From an uncultured Gammaproteobacteria bacterium (GTDB taxonomy: Bacteria > Patescibacteriota > Patescibacteriia > UBA9934), in NCBI GenBank assembly GCA_964401485.1, contig CAYNYL010000006.1, positions 4,208-68,207 of the forward strand: a DNA stretch of 64,000 nt. Direction: 5' to 3'. The first letter of the stretch is position 1; each line of letters starts with the position of its first letter. The position numbers were made by a program, and so were the translations under genes. Below, piece after piece: positions 7,932-17,643 of this stretch. The notes beneath the pieces were generated by a model that saw only the letters and a list, made by a program, of their open reading frames with translations, did no database searches and had not been told where the DNA came from.

Positions 7932-9551
7932 TTACTTCTTAGCCGCTTTTAAAAAGCCGAGGAACAACGGGTGTGGGGACAATGGACGCGACTGGAATTC
8001 GGGATGAAACTGTACGCCAACAAAGAACGGGTGATCTTTCACTTCAACGATTTCAACGAGACGATTGTCGGGCGACGTTCCCGCGATAACAAGACCCGCG
8101 GATTCGAGCACCTCTCTGTAATCATTATTAAACTCGAAACGGTGGCGGTGGCGTTCGCTAATCGAATCGGTTCCGTAAGCCTTTCGCGAAGCCGTCCCTT
8201 TCTTAAGTACGCACGGATACGAACCGAGACGAAGCGTTCCGCCGATCCCGCCCTCCTCAAGTTTTTCTTCTTGATCATCCATTAAATGGATCACCGGCGC
8301 CTTTGTTTTCGGTTTAATTTCGGTTGTTTGCGCGTCCTTAAGCCCGCACACATTTCGCGCGAATTCGATTACGGCGCACTGCATTCCGTAACACAGCCCG
8401 AGATACGGAATTTTATGCTCGCGGACATAATTAATCACCGCAATCTTTCCCTCGATCCCTCGCGACCCAAACCCGCCCGGAATAAGAATCCCGTCGAAGG
8501 TCTTAAGCTCCGCGAGTTTCTCGGGATGTTTTTCATATTCCTCGGCGTTTAGCCATTCAATCTTTGGCATTTGCCCAGTCGCCCATGACGCATGCTTAAT
8601 TGCCTCAAGAACCGAAAGGTACGCGTCGGTCAAGATAAAATCGCCGGTTGAGAAGTACTTTCCAACAACACCGATATGCACCTCTTTCTTCACCGTCGTA
8701 ATCGTCCTCACGAGTTTTTCAAACGCGCGAAGGTCTGCCGGCTTTGATTTCATTTTATATGAGCGCAAAACGGTTTCCGCAAACTTCTGTCGTTCAAAAT
8801 TAAGCGGAACTTCGTAAATAGAACGCGCATTCGGCGCTGTAATAATATGATCCTTCGGCACCCCGCAAAACCGCCCAAGCTTTTCACGTCTCGGTTCGTC
8901 AAGCTCCGCCTCCGAGCGACAAATAATAAAGTCCGGCACAATTCCGACACGATTAATTTCGCGCACGGCGTGTTGCGTCGGCTTTGTTTTCATTTCTCCA
9001 ATCGACGGCGGAACCGGAAGGTAACTTACAAGAATCGTCTTTACCGCGTCCGGATCCTTCATCTTCATCATCCGTAGAGCCTCAAGAAACAGAATATTTT
9101 CATATTCCCCAACCGTTCCCCCGATCTCGATTAACACAAAATCCGCCTTCGCCTTATCCGCGGCGTGTTCAATCCGCGCGATCACTTCTTCCGGTACACG
9201 CGGAACAACCTCGACGCATTTACCGTGATAATCCCCCCGGCGCTCGCGCTCGATCACACTTTGATACACGCGCCCGGTCGTCATGTAATTATCCCGCGTA
9301 ATATCAATATCGAGGAACCGTTCGTAGTTCCCAATATCTTGATCAGTCTCGTCACCGTCAACCGTTACAAACACTTCTCCGTGTTCAACCGGGTTCATCG
9401 TCCCGGCGTCCACGTTCACATACGGATCTATTTTTATCGCAGTAACTTTGTAACCCCGAGCCTTAAGGGTAAGTCCGAGCGCAGCGCTTGACGTCCCCTT
9501 TCCAACTCCCGACATGACTCCTCCTACGATAAATAGATACCGATGTTTCAT
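7932..9551 (-). CDS. pyrG: CTP synthase. Likely start MKHRYLFIVGG at 9551; the ORF extends to 9569.
   Basis: N-terminal GGVMSGVGKG P-loop-like motif and C-terminal class-I glutamine amidotransferase domain (GFGSRGIEGK...LGLCYGMQ...HPEF). Confidence 0.95.
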   Translation of the reverse strand: MKHRYLFIVGGVMSGVGKGTSSAALGLTLKARGYKVTAIKIDPYVNVDAGTMNPVEHGEVFVTVDGDETDQDIGNYERFLDIDITRDNYMTTGRVYQSVIERERRGDYHGKCVEVVPRVPEEVIARIEHAADKAKADFVLIEIGGTVGEYENILFLEALRMMKMKDPDAVKTILVSYLPVPPSIGEMKTKPTQHAVREINRVGIVPDFIICRSEAELDEPRREKLGRFCGVPKDHIITAPNARSIYEVPLNFERQKFAETVLRSYKMKSKPADLRAFEKLVRTITTVKKEVHIGVVGKYFSTGDFILTDAYLSVLEAIKHASWATGQMPKIEWLNAEEYEKHPEKLAELKTFDGILIPGGFGSRGIEGKIAVINYVREHKIPYLGLCYGMQCAVIEFARNVCGLKDAQTTEIKPKTKAPVIHLMDDQEEKLEEGGIGGTLRLGSYPCVLKKGTASRKAYGTDSISERHRHRFEFNNDYREVLESAGLVIAGTSPDNRLVEIVEVKDHPFFVGVQFHPEFQSRPLSPHPLFLGFLKAAKK

Positions 9552-9552
9552 A

Positions 9553-9993
9553 TTATTCTTCTGCTTCAATAATGACTGTAAGTTCCGCGTCGTATCCAGA
9601 ATCGAAGTTTACAACCGCCTCGTATTGCCCCGGCTCCTTCGTAGCTTCAAATGCGATCTGTTTCGGGTCGACTTTGATATCCATCTCTTTCAACGCTTTT
9701 GCAATTTCTTTGGCTGTAACAGCTGCGTAGAGTGTTCCATTATCAGCTTTTGCAAAAATCTCGACCTCGAGCCCGTCGATCGATTTCGCAAGTTCCCGTT
9801 CCGCGGCCTCCGTCTTTTTCTCTCGTCGCGCACCAGCCTTCTCTTGCTCGTCTTTTTGATGGAGCTTGTGCTCGCTCGCTTCTACCGCGAGATGTTGCGG
9901 AAAAAGAAAGTTGCGCGCGTAACCCTCGACCACTTCAACGATCTCGCCCTTGAGTCCAATTCGATCGACGTTTTCTAGTAGGATGACTCTCAT
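9553..9993 (-). CDS. rplI: 50S ribosomal protein L9
   Basis: [32 protein letters not shown] matches the L9 N-domain; 146 aa. Confidence 0.85.
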   Translation of the reverse strand: MRVILLENVDRIGLKGEIVEVVEGYARNFLFPQHLAVEASEHKLHQKDEQEKAGARREKKTEAAERELAKSIDGLEVEIFAKADNGTLYAAVTAKEIAKALKEMDIKVDPKQIAFEATKEPGQYEAVVNFDSGYDAELTVIIEAEE

Positions 9994-10562
9994 AGCTTGT
10001 TTTGTGCTTTAAGATAATCGAATGCTTTTTTAATAATTGGCTTCATGTCTTTATAGTTTGATCGAGCGGTCACTTCCTCAATCGGGATCCAGGCAACAGC
10101 ATGAATTTTCTCTCCGACTTTTTGTGATTTTGGAAGGCGAAGGCGGGTTTCCGGTCTTGCCTCAAAGAGGTAATAATGGATGAACTTATGGATAAGGCGC
10201 CCCTTGTGCACATAGCGATCCCGGAACCAAATATCGATCGACCCGAGCTCACACCGATAAATCATTTCCTCGATCCCGAGTTCCTCGCGCACTTCCCGCG
10301 CCGCCCCCTCCTCGAGACGCTCGTAACGGCGCACATGCCCCTTTGGGAATGTCCATTGCCCAAACGAATCCTTGAGCATCGCGACAAGCAAACCCCGGCG
10401 CGTCCGTTTATAGACGAGCCCACCCGCGGAAACCTCCTTTCGCGCATGTTCTCTACTTGATTTGCCCCTTGAGGTAAACGATTGCCGCGTCGAGTTGTGG
10501 TGTGGCGTTTTGTTTTGCATGTTCTTCTGTAAATGGAACAAGTTCATTTGGCTCAATACCAA
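9990..10562 (-). CDS. NUDIX hydrolase. The start is uncertain: the ORF overlaps the ctpA 3' end by ~110 nt, so the true start is probably an internal or alternative codon.
   Basis: Nudix box [24 protein letters not shown] (GX5EX7REUXEEXGU). Confidence 0.75.
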   Translation of the reverse strand: MVLSQMNLFHLQKNMQNKTPHHNSTRQSFTSRGKSSREHARKEVSAGGLVYKRTRRGLLVAMLKDSFGQWTFPKGHVRRYERLEEGAAREVREELGIEEMIYRCELGSIDIWFRDRYVHKGRLIHKFIHYYLFEARPETRLRLPKSQKVGEKIHAVAWIPIEEVTARSNYKDMKPIIKKAFDYLKAQNKL

Positions 10563-11667
10563 CTTTGTGAATTGATCGGCCGGTTGGAGTTAGCCATTCA
10601 GCAATCGTAAGCTTGATCGCTGAACCATCTTTAAGATCAAGGAGTTGCTGTACCGTTCCCTTTCCGAACGTTTGTTCACCGATAAGGTACCCAAGACCAT
10701 AGTCCTGGAGTGCTCCCGCAAGAATCTCGGAAGCGGAAGCCGATCCGCCGTTTACGAGAACGGCCGTTGGGATTCCTGCGAGCGTTGCAACCCCACCCGA
10801 GGTGTATGGCTCCTCGCGCTCCTGCATTCGCTCGATAACAACCGTTTGGTTTCCCGTCCAATATCCCGTGACATTGATCACCTGATCAAGAAGTCCGCCC
10901 GGATTATCGCGCAAATCAAGTACGATTCCCTTTGCCCCTTCGTTCTTCACTTCTTGTACCGCCTTGGCAAAAAGTCGCGTCGTATCTTCGTTAAACATGT
11001 GGATCGAGATGACCATAATTCCGTCGTCTCGCATTTCGTACTCGACGCTTTCGATCGTAATCTCGTCACGCACAATTTTCACCTCGAATGGCTTTGCGAC
11101 CCCGTCGCGGAAAATCGTAAGCGTAACGGTCGAGCCTTTCTCTCCACGAATAAGCGAAACCGCCTCGTTCACCGTCATCCCGTATGTCTCCGTGCCGTCA
11201 ATCGCAAGAATCATGTCATTTGCCCGAATCCCCGCTTTTGAAGCTGGGCTATTCTTAATTGGAGCAACAACGACGATCGAATCGTCTTTTGCATCGATTT
11301 CCGCTCCAATCCCCGAGAAGGTCCCGGCAACCTCTTGGTCAAAGGCCTCCGCCTCCTCCGGCGTGAAAAAGACCGAATACGGATCCTCGAGCCCCGAAAC
11401 AAGTCCGTGCATCGCGCCGTAGAACAAGTCACGCTCGGATACCGGTTGATGGACGTACTCATCCTTAATAAGCGCCCAGGCATTCCAAAACTCCCGAAAA
11501 TCAACATCGTCGGTTCGGACGGTGCCAAGATTCAAAACATTCCCCTCCCCCTCAGGAACGGCACTTTTTGACGTAACGTGGCCAAATTGATAGCCAAGAA
11601 CAAATAAAACGATACACCCAGCAACAAGTAACCACTGACTCTTTTTCATACCCTGCAAGTCTAGCAC
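10453..11667 (-). CDS. ctpA: Carboxy-terminal processing peptidase (S41 family), membrane-anchored
   Basis: N-terminal TM helix, a PDZ region (GIRANDMILAIDG) and the S41 catalytic region (LDLRDNPGGLLD ... GGSASASEILAGALQD). Confidence 0.85.
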   Translation of the reverse strand: MLDLQGMKKSQWLLVAGCIVLFVLGYQFGHVTSKSAVPEGEGNVLNLGTVRTDDVDFREFWNAWALIKDEYVHQPVSERDLFYGAMHGLVSGLEDPYSVFFTPEEAEAFDQEVAGTFSGIGAEIDAKDDSIVVVAPIKNSPASKAGIRANDMILAIDGTETYGMTVNEAVSLIRGEKGSTVTLTIFRDGVAKPFEVKIVRDEITIESVEYEMRDDGIMVISIHMFNEDTTRLFAKAVQEVKNEGAKGIVLDLRDNPGGLLDQVINVTGYWTGNQTVVIERMQEREEPYTSGGVATLAGIPTAVLVNGGSASASEILAGALQDYGLGYLIGEQTFGKGTVQQLLDLKDGSAIKLTIAEWLTPTGRSIHKVGIEPNELVPFTEEHAKQNATPQLDAAIVYLKGQIK

Positions 11668-11671
11668 ACTT

Positions 11672-12535
11672 CTAAACCGTCTGCATCTTCGAAAAAAACG
11701 CTTTAAGAGCCTCGGTTCGGTCTCGTAAAATTGGGCCTTTTGTGTTCAAAAGTGGAGCAAATTTTGGACATTTCGCCGGTCGCGGAAAAGCAGAAGAAGG
11801 AACCGGGATCCTCGGCGTCGAAACGTTCGCGATCGTAAAAATTTCCTCAGCAAATTCATACCAAGTCACCGGTTTTCCGCTGTTCACAAGATGGTAGACC
11901 CCGCCTCGCGCCTGCGCGTCGATAAGAGAACGCGTTGCGTCCGCGAGATCTGGCGCATAGGTTGGACATCCAACCTCTTCATTCACGATAGAAAGCGACG
12001 GCTTCTCGCTCGCAAGCTTGAGCATCATCGCGACGAAACTGATCTTCGCACCATCCGTTTTACCCGGCGCTCCAAAAAGTTTTGAAAGTCGAATAATAAG
12101 CGCATCCATGTTCGCCATCTGCACACCAACCTCCCCGGCAAGTTTCGTTTCCCCATATTTCGAGATTGGTCGCGGAAGATCATACTCGCGGTAACCTTCA
12201 GGCCTCGTACCCTCAAACACGTAATCGGTACTATAATGAACAAATCGTGCTCCGTACGTCTTACATGCCTCTGCGAGGTAAGTCGGGCCCTTGGCATTTA
12301 CAGCAAAGGCAAGGTCAAAAAAAGCTGGATCTTCAACGCGGTCGACGAGATTGTACGCAGCGGTATTCACAACAAGGCCAGGACTTGTCCTTGCAATAAA
12401 TGAAAAAACCGCTTGGCGATTTGTAATATCAAGCTCAACCCGATCCGTTTGGATAACTTCGTGGCCCGCTTCGGCAAATGTGCGGACAATCTCTTGGCCA
12501 AGCATCCCTCCCGCTCCAGTAACAACAACGCGCAT
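11672..12535 (-). CDS. rfbD: dTDP-4-dehydrorhamnose reductase. True start MRVVVTGAGG at 12535; the ORF opens at 12757.
   Basis: MRVVVTGAGGMLGQEIVRTF Rossmann motif and overall RmlD-like length and sequence. Confidence 0.8.
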   Translation of the reverse strand: MRVVVTGAGGMLGQEIVRTFAEAGHEVIQTDRVELDITNRQAVFSFIARTSPGLVVNTAAYNLVDRVEDPAFFDLAFAVNAKGPTYLAEACKTYGARFVHYSTDYVFEGTRPEGYREYDLPRPISKYGETKLAGEVGVQMANMDALIIRLSKLFGAPGKTDGAKISFVAMMLKLASEKPSLSIVNEEVGCPTYAPDLADATRSLIDAQARGGVYHLVNSGKPVTWYEFAEEIFTIANVSTPRIPVPSSAFPRPAKCPKFAPLLNTKGPILRDRTEALKAFFSKMQTV

Positions 12536-12536
12536 A

Positions 12537-13079
12537 TTAAAATCGAAGACCCGCGTCTTTAAGACCCGGCGCTTTCTCGTCGCGCGCCGAAAGGATCGGG
12601 GCTCCCGAAAGCGGCCACTCAACTCCAATCTCTGGTGCATCAAAACGGATATTCGCGTCAAGCGCTGGATCGTACATTTCACTCGTGAGATACAAGACAT
12701 CGCTGTCTTCGTACGCGAAAAATCCGTGTGCGCAATAACTTGGAATGAACATGACACGACGATTCTTTGCCGAGATTTCTACCCCAACCCAGTTCAAGTA
12801 CGTCGGAGACGACTTCCGCAAATCCACAATCACGTCAAAAATCGCTCCGTTCGTACACTGGACAATTTTGCCCATCGCTTTTGGCGGATGCTGAAAATGG
12901 AGTCCGCGAAGTACCCCTTTTGCCGACCGTGAGAAATTCGCCTGCTTTGGAACAAATGAAAGATCAAGCCCGCGATACTTCTCTTCGTGATAAAATTCAA
13001 AAAAACTTCCACGGTCATCGCCAAATACCTGTGGCTCAAGAAGAAATGCTCCGTCAATCGCAAGCGCCTGTTTTTTCAT
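12537..13079 (-). CDS. rfbC: dTDP-4-dehydrorhamnose 3,5-epimerase. True start MKKQALAIDG at 13079.
   Basis: LLEPQVFGDDRGSFFEFY...RGLHFQ cupin motifs of RmlC. Confidence 0.85.
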   Translation of the reverse strand: MKKQALAIDGAFLLEPQVFGDDRGSFFEFYHEEKYRGLDLSFVPKQANFSRSAKGVLRGLHFQHPPKAMGKIVQCTNGAIFDVIVDLRKSSPTYLNWVGVEISAKNRRVMFIPSYCAHGFFAYEDSDVLYLTSEMYDPALDANIRFDAPEIGVEWPLSGAPILSARDEKAPGLKDAGLRF

Positions 13080-13080
13080 A

Positions 13081-14088
13081 CTAGTTGGCACCAAACTGGA
13101 GGTTGTACCACTGCCTGTAGGAAGAGCTTTGACGAATTGGCCTCCACCAAGATTCATTCTTACGATACCAATCAACCATGTGTGCAAGGCCCTGATCAAA
13201 CGTGAGCGTCGGCGCCCAAGCAAGCTCCGTCTTCATTCGCGAAAAATCAATCGCGTAGCGTCTATCCTGCCCCGGCCGGTCTTTAATAAACTGAACCATC
13301 TCCTCGGTAACGCCCATGACCTTGATAAGCCGAAGCGCCGTCTCTCGGATCGAAAGTTCCGCGTCCCCGCCCATAAGATACGTCTCTCCGATACGCCCGC
13401 GATCAATGACCGCCAAAATTCCAAGGGCATGGTCACGCACATGAATCCAGTCACGAACCTGTGTTCCGTCCCCGTGGATCTGGATCTTTTGTCCATCAAG
13501 GACATTTGTAATCGAAATCGATAAGAACTTTTCCGGGTAAAGGAATGGTCCGTAATTGTTTGTACAATTTGAAATCGTTGCTTGAAGATTGTGTGTGTGG
13601 ATTCCGGCACGAACAAGGTGGTCGGAGGCAGCCTTCGTCGCGCTGTAGGGATTGCGTGGAGCGTAAGGAGATGCCTCGCTAAACTTCGCATCCGTTGGTC
13701 GCAGTTCCCCAAACACTTCATCCGTCGACACGTGGTGAAGTCGTTTTCCGAATTTCACGCAGGCGTCTACGAGTCGTTGCGTTCCAAGTACATTTGTAAG
13801 GATGAACGGTTCATTATCAACGATTGAACGATCAACGTGCGTTTCCGCAGCAAAGTTCACAACGAGATCAACCTTTGAAACGAGATCTTCAACAAGTTGT
13901 TTATTCACGATCGATCCGTACACAAACCGATAGCGAGGATCAGTTTGAAGATCGAGCGTGTTACTTAAATTGCCCGCGTAAGCGAGTGCGTCAAGATTGA
14001 TCACGGTCCAGTCCGGCTTTTGTTCAAAAAGAACCCGAATAAAGTGTGAGCCGATGAATCCGCACCCTCCGGTAACAAGAACCTGCAT
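13081..14088 (-). CDS. rfbB: dTDP-glucose 4,6-dehydratase
   Basis: MQVLVTGGCGFIGSHF, YSATKAASD (YxxxK) and full-length RmlB similarity. Confidence 0.9.
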   Translation of the reverse strand: MQVLVTGGCGFIGSHFIRVLFEQKPDWTVINLDALAYAGNLSNTLDLQTDPRYRFVYGSIVNKQLVEDLVSKVDLVVNFAAETHVDRSIVDNEPFILTNVLGTQRLVDACVKFGKRLHHVSTDEVFGELRPTDAKFSEASPYAPRNPYSATKAASDHLVRAGIHTHNLQATISNCTNNYGPFLYPEKFLSISITNVLDGQKIQIHGDGTQVRDWIHVRDHALGILAVIDRGRIGETYLMGGDAELSIRETALRLIKVMGVTEEMVQFIKDRPGQDRRYAIDFSRMKTELAWAPTLTFDQGLAHMVDWYRKNESWWRPIRQSSSYRQWYNLQFGAN

Positions 14089-14114
14089 AATAGGCTCACT
14101 TAACCGTCTTTTTC

Positions 14115-14519
14115 CTATTCGGTCAAGAGCCGAAGGACCTCGTCGAGCTCCTCCTTTGTTGGGGTTGTTTTAATAAAGGTTCGTGGCTGTCCGTCGTAGC
14201 GAGGCATGAAATGGAGGTGAGTGTGGAACACGTCTTGCCCTCCCGAGATTCCGTGGTTGAGACCGAGGTTGTAGCCAGTGGCACCAAGCGCCCTAAGGAC
14301 CTTCGGTGCGAGCCGGTGCGCGGTCGCCATAATCGCCTCAGCATCCTCGCTTGTGCCAAGACTCAAGGAGTCTGCGTGCACTTTCGGAATAATGAGGAAA
14401 TGCCCTCGCGTCACCGGCCCTATATCAAGAAAGGAAAATGTTTTTGAATCTTGATCGATAACACGGGAAGGAATCGTTCCGGAAATGATCTTGCAAAACA
14501 GACAGTCAGGATTTGTCAT
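14115..14519 (-). CDS. HIT-family (histidine triad) nucleotide hydrolase
   Basis: CLFCKII... and HTHLHFMP (HxHxHxx) motif. Confidence 0.8.
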   Translation of the reverse strand: MTNPDCLFCKIISGTIPSRVIDQDSKTFSFLDIGPVTRGHFLIIPKVHADSLSLGTSEDAEAIMATAHRLAPKVLRALGATGYNLGLNHGISGGQDVFHTHLHFMPRYDGQPRTFIKTTPTKEELDEVLRLLTE

Positions 14520-14721
14520 AATATAGGGTTACTAGAAATAGAATAAGACAAGGGAGGCAAAGAACGTAAAGAGGCATTACGAACGAAACGAAGCCCGGCC
14601 GAATCGCCTCAAGCGCAACAAAGAACGGGATCGAGAGAAAAGAGATGAGAAAAGCAAAACGTAGCATATTAGAGTCCGAATGGAAGGCGGTCGCGAAGCG
14701 CCTTAAGGAGCGCGCGTCCAC
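14506..14721 (-). CDS. Possible small membrane protein (53-71 aa)
   Basis: ORF with two hydrophobic helices in the HIT-to-14669 gene gap. No homology recognised; it may be non-coding. Confidence 0.25.
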   Translation of the reverse strand: MDARSLRRFATAFHSDSNMLRFAFLISFLSIPFFVALEAIRPGFVSFVMPLYVLCLPCLILFLVTLYYDKS

Positions 14722-16075
14722 GCAGTGGTGGCTTCGTAAAGGTCACTTCAATTTCTTGGACGCGAAAACTCTTGCCTTCGCGAGATACGGATGGCGACGA
14801 AAGTGCGAACGTAATGACGCCATTTGCATCAACGTATGGAGCGATCGCAAACGTCTGTTCGCCAATCACTCCGCCCTCGACTCGCTCCACCGATTGGTAA
14901 CTCGTAAGAATCGCGTCGACTTCGCGCGCCTCAAGATCGGCAAGTCCGCCGAGCCTCGTCCCTTCTGGATTGAAGAACTGATCCCGTGTAAATGCAATGA
15001 CGCCATCAACCGTTAGTCGCGCATCCCCCTTTGGAATCGTTACCGGAAGAACCCCCGTCTCGGTCGTCGAGAAATACACTTGCTCGCGCGGAGCGGAAAG
15101 CTCAAACGACTGATCTCCAACGCGAATCGTTTGCACCCCTTCAACGTGAAGTGTCTCCGCCGTTAGATCTTTTCCATTCGTAAACACGGTCTCACCATAC
15201 ACGTCGTCACTCCACCCAACCTGATCCCCAAACGATATCGCTTGAAGAAACACCCACTTTGTAAGCGTTGTGGTCCATTCTCGTAAGAAGAGATCGCTCG
15301 TCGTTGTCCATTCGATACGATACGGACCCTCCGGAAGATCCTCAATCCGAAGCGGGACCGCGATCCGTGAAAACGCTTGATCCTTCGAACGATTCCCATC
15401 ATCCGCCGTCACCCCTTCGTACACAACTTCGTCACGCTCATTGTAGACGCGAAACGTTAACGGATCCTCGCCGGTCGTACGATTCACATCCGTGAACGTA
15501 AACGTAACATCAAGCGGTTCATTTTTCACGTAAACGGCAACACGGTGTGAACCACGAAGTGACGTCTTTGTTGTACGCAATTCTCCGCTAGCTCGATATC
15601 CGGCAAGACGCAAAGGGACCGGGTTCTCGGCATGATAAAACGCGACTTCGGAGGCCGAGGAAATCGGGTCTCCGTCACGGGTAAAATACCGAAGTCCGTT
15701 CGCATAGACCTCCCTTGGCCAAGAAAGCTCCTCAAGGAGACGGTGATATAGCGGTCGCAAATCAAAAGCACGCGAAAACGGGTCGGCAAGCGGACCGATC
15801 TCAACGAGATCCGTTGTCATAGGGTCAAGCGCCACACGGACCGTCACAGTTTCATACTCCGAGCTCGGTGGCCGAACAGTGAAGTAAACCGGCTCACCAA
15901 TAACCTCAAATCCATTAAGCCGCTCTGTCGGCGAAAGGGCACTAACAAACGGAGATTGCTCACCCTCTTTAATTGAGGCAACCCGTTCACCGTCAATTTG
16001 AAGGTCAACCAAAAATAGTGCGACGAAGAGCGTCAACGGAATAGAAAGGATCGCTATTCGATAGCCAATCGTCAT
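14669..16075 (-). CDS. Hypothetical membrane-anchored extracytoplasmic protein (468 aa), co-operonic with the GT-C-like gene
   Basis: Single N-terminal TM (IAILSIPLTLFVALFLV) followed by a large soluble domain. Its start overlaps the upstream gene stop by 4 nt. Confidence 0.5.
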   Translation of the reverse strand: MTIGYRIAILSIPLTLFVALFLVDLQIDGERVASIKEGEQSPFVSALSPTERLNGFEVIGEPVYFTVRPPSSEYETVTVRVALDPMTTDLVEIGPLADPFSRAFDLRPLYHRLLEELSWPREVYANGLRYFTRDGDPISSASEVAFYHAENPVPLRLAGYRASGELRTTKTSLRGSHRVAVYVKNEPLDVTFTFTDVNRTTGEDPLTFRVYNERDEVVYEGVTADDGNRSKDQAFSRIAVPLRIEDLPEGPYRIEWTTTSDLFLREWTTTLTKWVFLQAISFGDQVGWSDDVYGETVFTNGKDLTAETLHVEGVQTIRVGDQSFELSAPREQVYFSTTETGVLPVTIPKGDARLTVDGVIAFTRDQFFNPEGTRLGGLADLEAREVDAILTSYQSVERVEGGVIGEQTFAIAPYVDANGVITFALSSPSVSREGKSFRVQEIEVTFTKPPLRGRALLKALRDRLPFGL

Positions 16076-17640
16076 AGTGAAGAAATACGATAAAGCGTTT
16101 CAGAACCAAACGATTCGATCGGCGAAATTGTAAGTCCAACGGGTCCAAGCCGCACCGTTTGAAGATACATAAGATCACGTTCGGGAAGCGTTACACCAAA
16201 ATAATACACTGGTCCAAGCCCCGCCATTTTTGGAAGCATGTAGTAGGTACGCTCACTACGAAGCGGGTGCACAACCCCTCGATCCGGATACAAATACTTG
16301 TCCGCATAGTCGGTAATGATCAATGCATTCTCCTCGGTAAGCGCAAGGATTTGCTCTTTATACTCGGCATTTTGAAGAAGAACCTCCCGCGTTTTAAGGA
16401 GCCCGTCATGCGACAAAAGAACGAGCCCTAGGTTCGCAAGAAGGAATGGCACAAGAAGAAGTCCAAGAATGAAGTCACGACGCTTCGAAATGACAAAGAA
16501 GGCGTGAGCAATAAAGGGAGTAGTAAGGACAAAGATCGGCAAAAAGTAGCGGATGTAGGAATTTCCAAGCGTAATAACCGAACGATCTGGATTATCGTAA
16601 AACACCCAACTCGCATAGACAAGAACTAGGTAGCCGGAAATCAACGCCGTAAGAAGAAGATAGGGTCTCGCGGGCTTCGGAAGCGCGATGATCCCGATAA
16701 ATACAAAAACCGCAATCCATGGGAATAGGACGACGAGATAGTTCGTCGCGTTACGTAGAATCGCACGTTCATGGATCCCAAACGGAAAGAGTACACCGAG
16801 AATTCCTGGATAGTCATCCTGTTTTACCGTTGGAAGAAACTCTGCCGATTCTTGAATCACAACCGCCGGCGTTTCATGCGCCTGGTAGCCCGTTTTAACG
16901 AGAGACCCGTACAGCTCTGCGTTCAGTCCAAGAAACGGCAGGCTCGCAAACAATCCGCCAAGAACAAAGACAAGAACCTGCGCACGAGACGCGAACGCCT
17001 TGAGAACCGCGTACAGCAAGAGCGCGAAAACGACAGGCGCAACCCAAACCACTTCATTCATCCGGAACGCCACAGCGAAGGCAAGAGCGACCCCCGCAAG
17101 CCCCATCTGCCAAACACTCTTTCGTCGCATCGCCTCAACCGCAAGAAAAAGAGCAAACAAAAGGAATGAGACAAAGGGAACATTGTGCATCAGTGCACGC
17201 CCCGAATAAAAGAGGAAGGCGGGATGGAGAAAAAGCAGGGCGCCCGAAAGGAGGGCAAACCGCTCATCATTTGTCGCGTAATACACAAGCCGTGCAAAAA
17301 CTAGAACAGCGAGCGCTCCAAACACCATCGTCAAATAAGGGATCACAAAGACCCCAACCGAAGCACCGATCGATCCGTAAAGCACAGGTAGTCCAATAAA
17401 ACTTTTTGGGACAACACGGCCCTCGAGGACAAGCGTACTTCGCGGACGTACAATTCCGTCAAGTTCTCCATTTCTCGCATCAGTAACCCCAATCTCCCCC
17501 TCCCTCGCAAACTGCTCAGCAAAGAGACGGTTCGCCGATTCATCGGGCGAATTTGAAACCCCAACCCCAACGACGAGGAGCGAAGAAATGACAAGATAGC
17601 AAAGTCCTGCCAGAATAAAGGTTGTCCAGTAAAATCGCAT
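16072..17640 (-). CDS. Polytopic membrane glycosyltransferase, GT-C fold (ArnT/PMT-like, polyprenyl-phosphate-sugar dependent)
   Basis: 522 aa with about 12 TM helices, an early extracytoplasmic loop carrying SPDESANR (DE-type motif), and adjacency to GT2 DPM1-like and GtrA-like genes. Confidence 0.55.
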   Translation of the reverse strand: MRFYWTTFILAGLCYLVISSLLVVGVGVSNSPDESANRLFAEQFAREGEIGVTDARNGELDGIVRPRSTLVLEGRVVPKSFIGLPVLYGSIGASVGVFVIPYLTMVFGALAVLVFARLVYYATNDERFALLSGALLFLHPAFLFYSGRALMHNVPFVSFLLFALFLAVEAMRRKSVWQMGLAGVALAFAVAFRMNEVVWVAPVVFALLLYAVLKAFASRAQVLVFVLGGLFASLPFLGLNAELYGSLVKTGYQAHETPAVVIQESAEFLPTVKQDDYPGILGVLFPFGIHERAILRNATNYLVVLFPWIAVFVFIGIIALPKPARPYLLLTALISGYLVLVYASWVFYDNPDRSVITLGNSYIRYFLPIFVLTTPFIAHAFFVISKRRDFILGLLLVPFLLANLGLVLLSHDGLLKTREVLLQNAEYKEQILALTEENALIITDYADKYLYPDRGVVHPLRSERTYYMLPKMAGLGPVYYFGVTLPERDLMYLQTVRLGPVGLTISPIESFGSETLYRISSL

Positions 17641-17643
17641 CTT

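Noticed and set aside
10645-11422. Plus-strand ORFs 10645-11241 (198 aa) and 10964-11422 (152 aa)
   Set aside because: They are antisense to the well-supported S41 peptidase gene ctpA and have no coding signature of their own.
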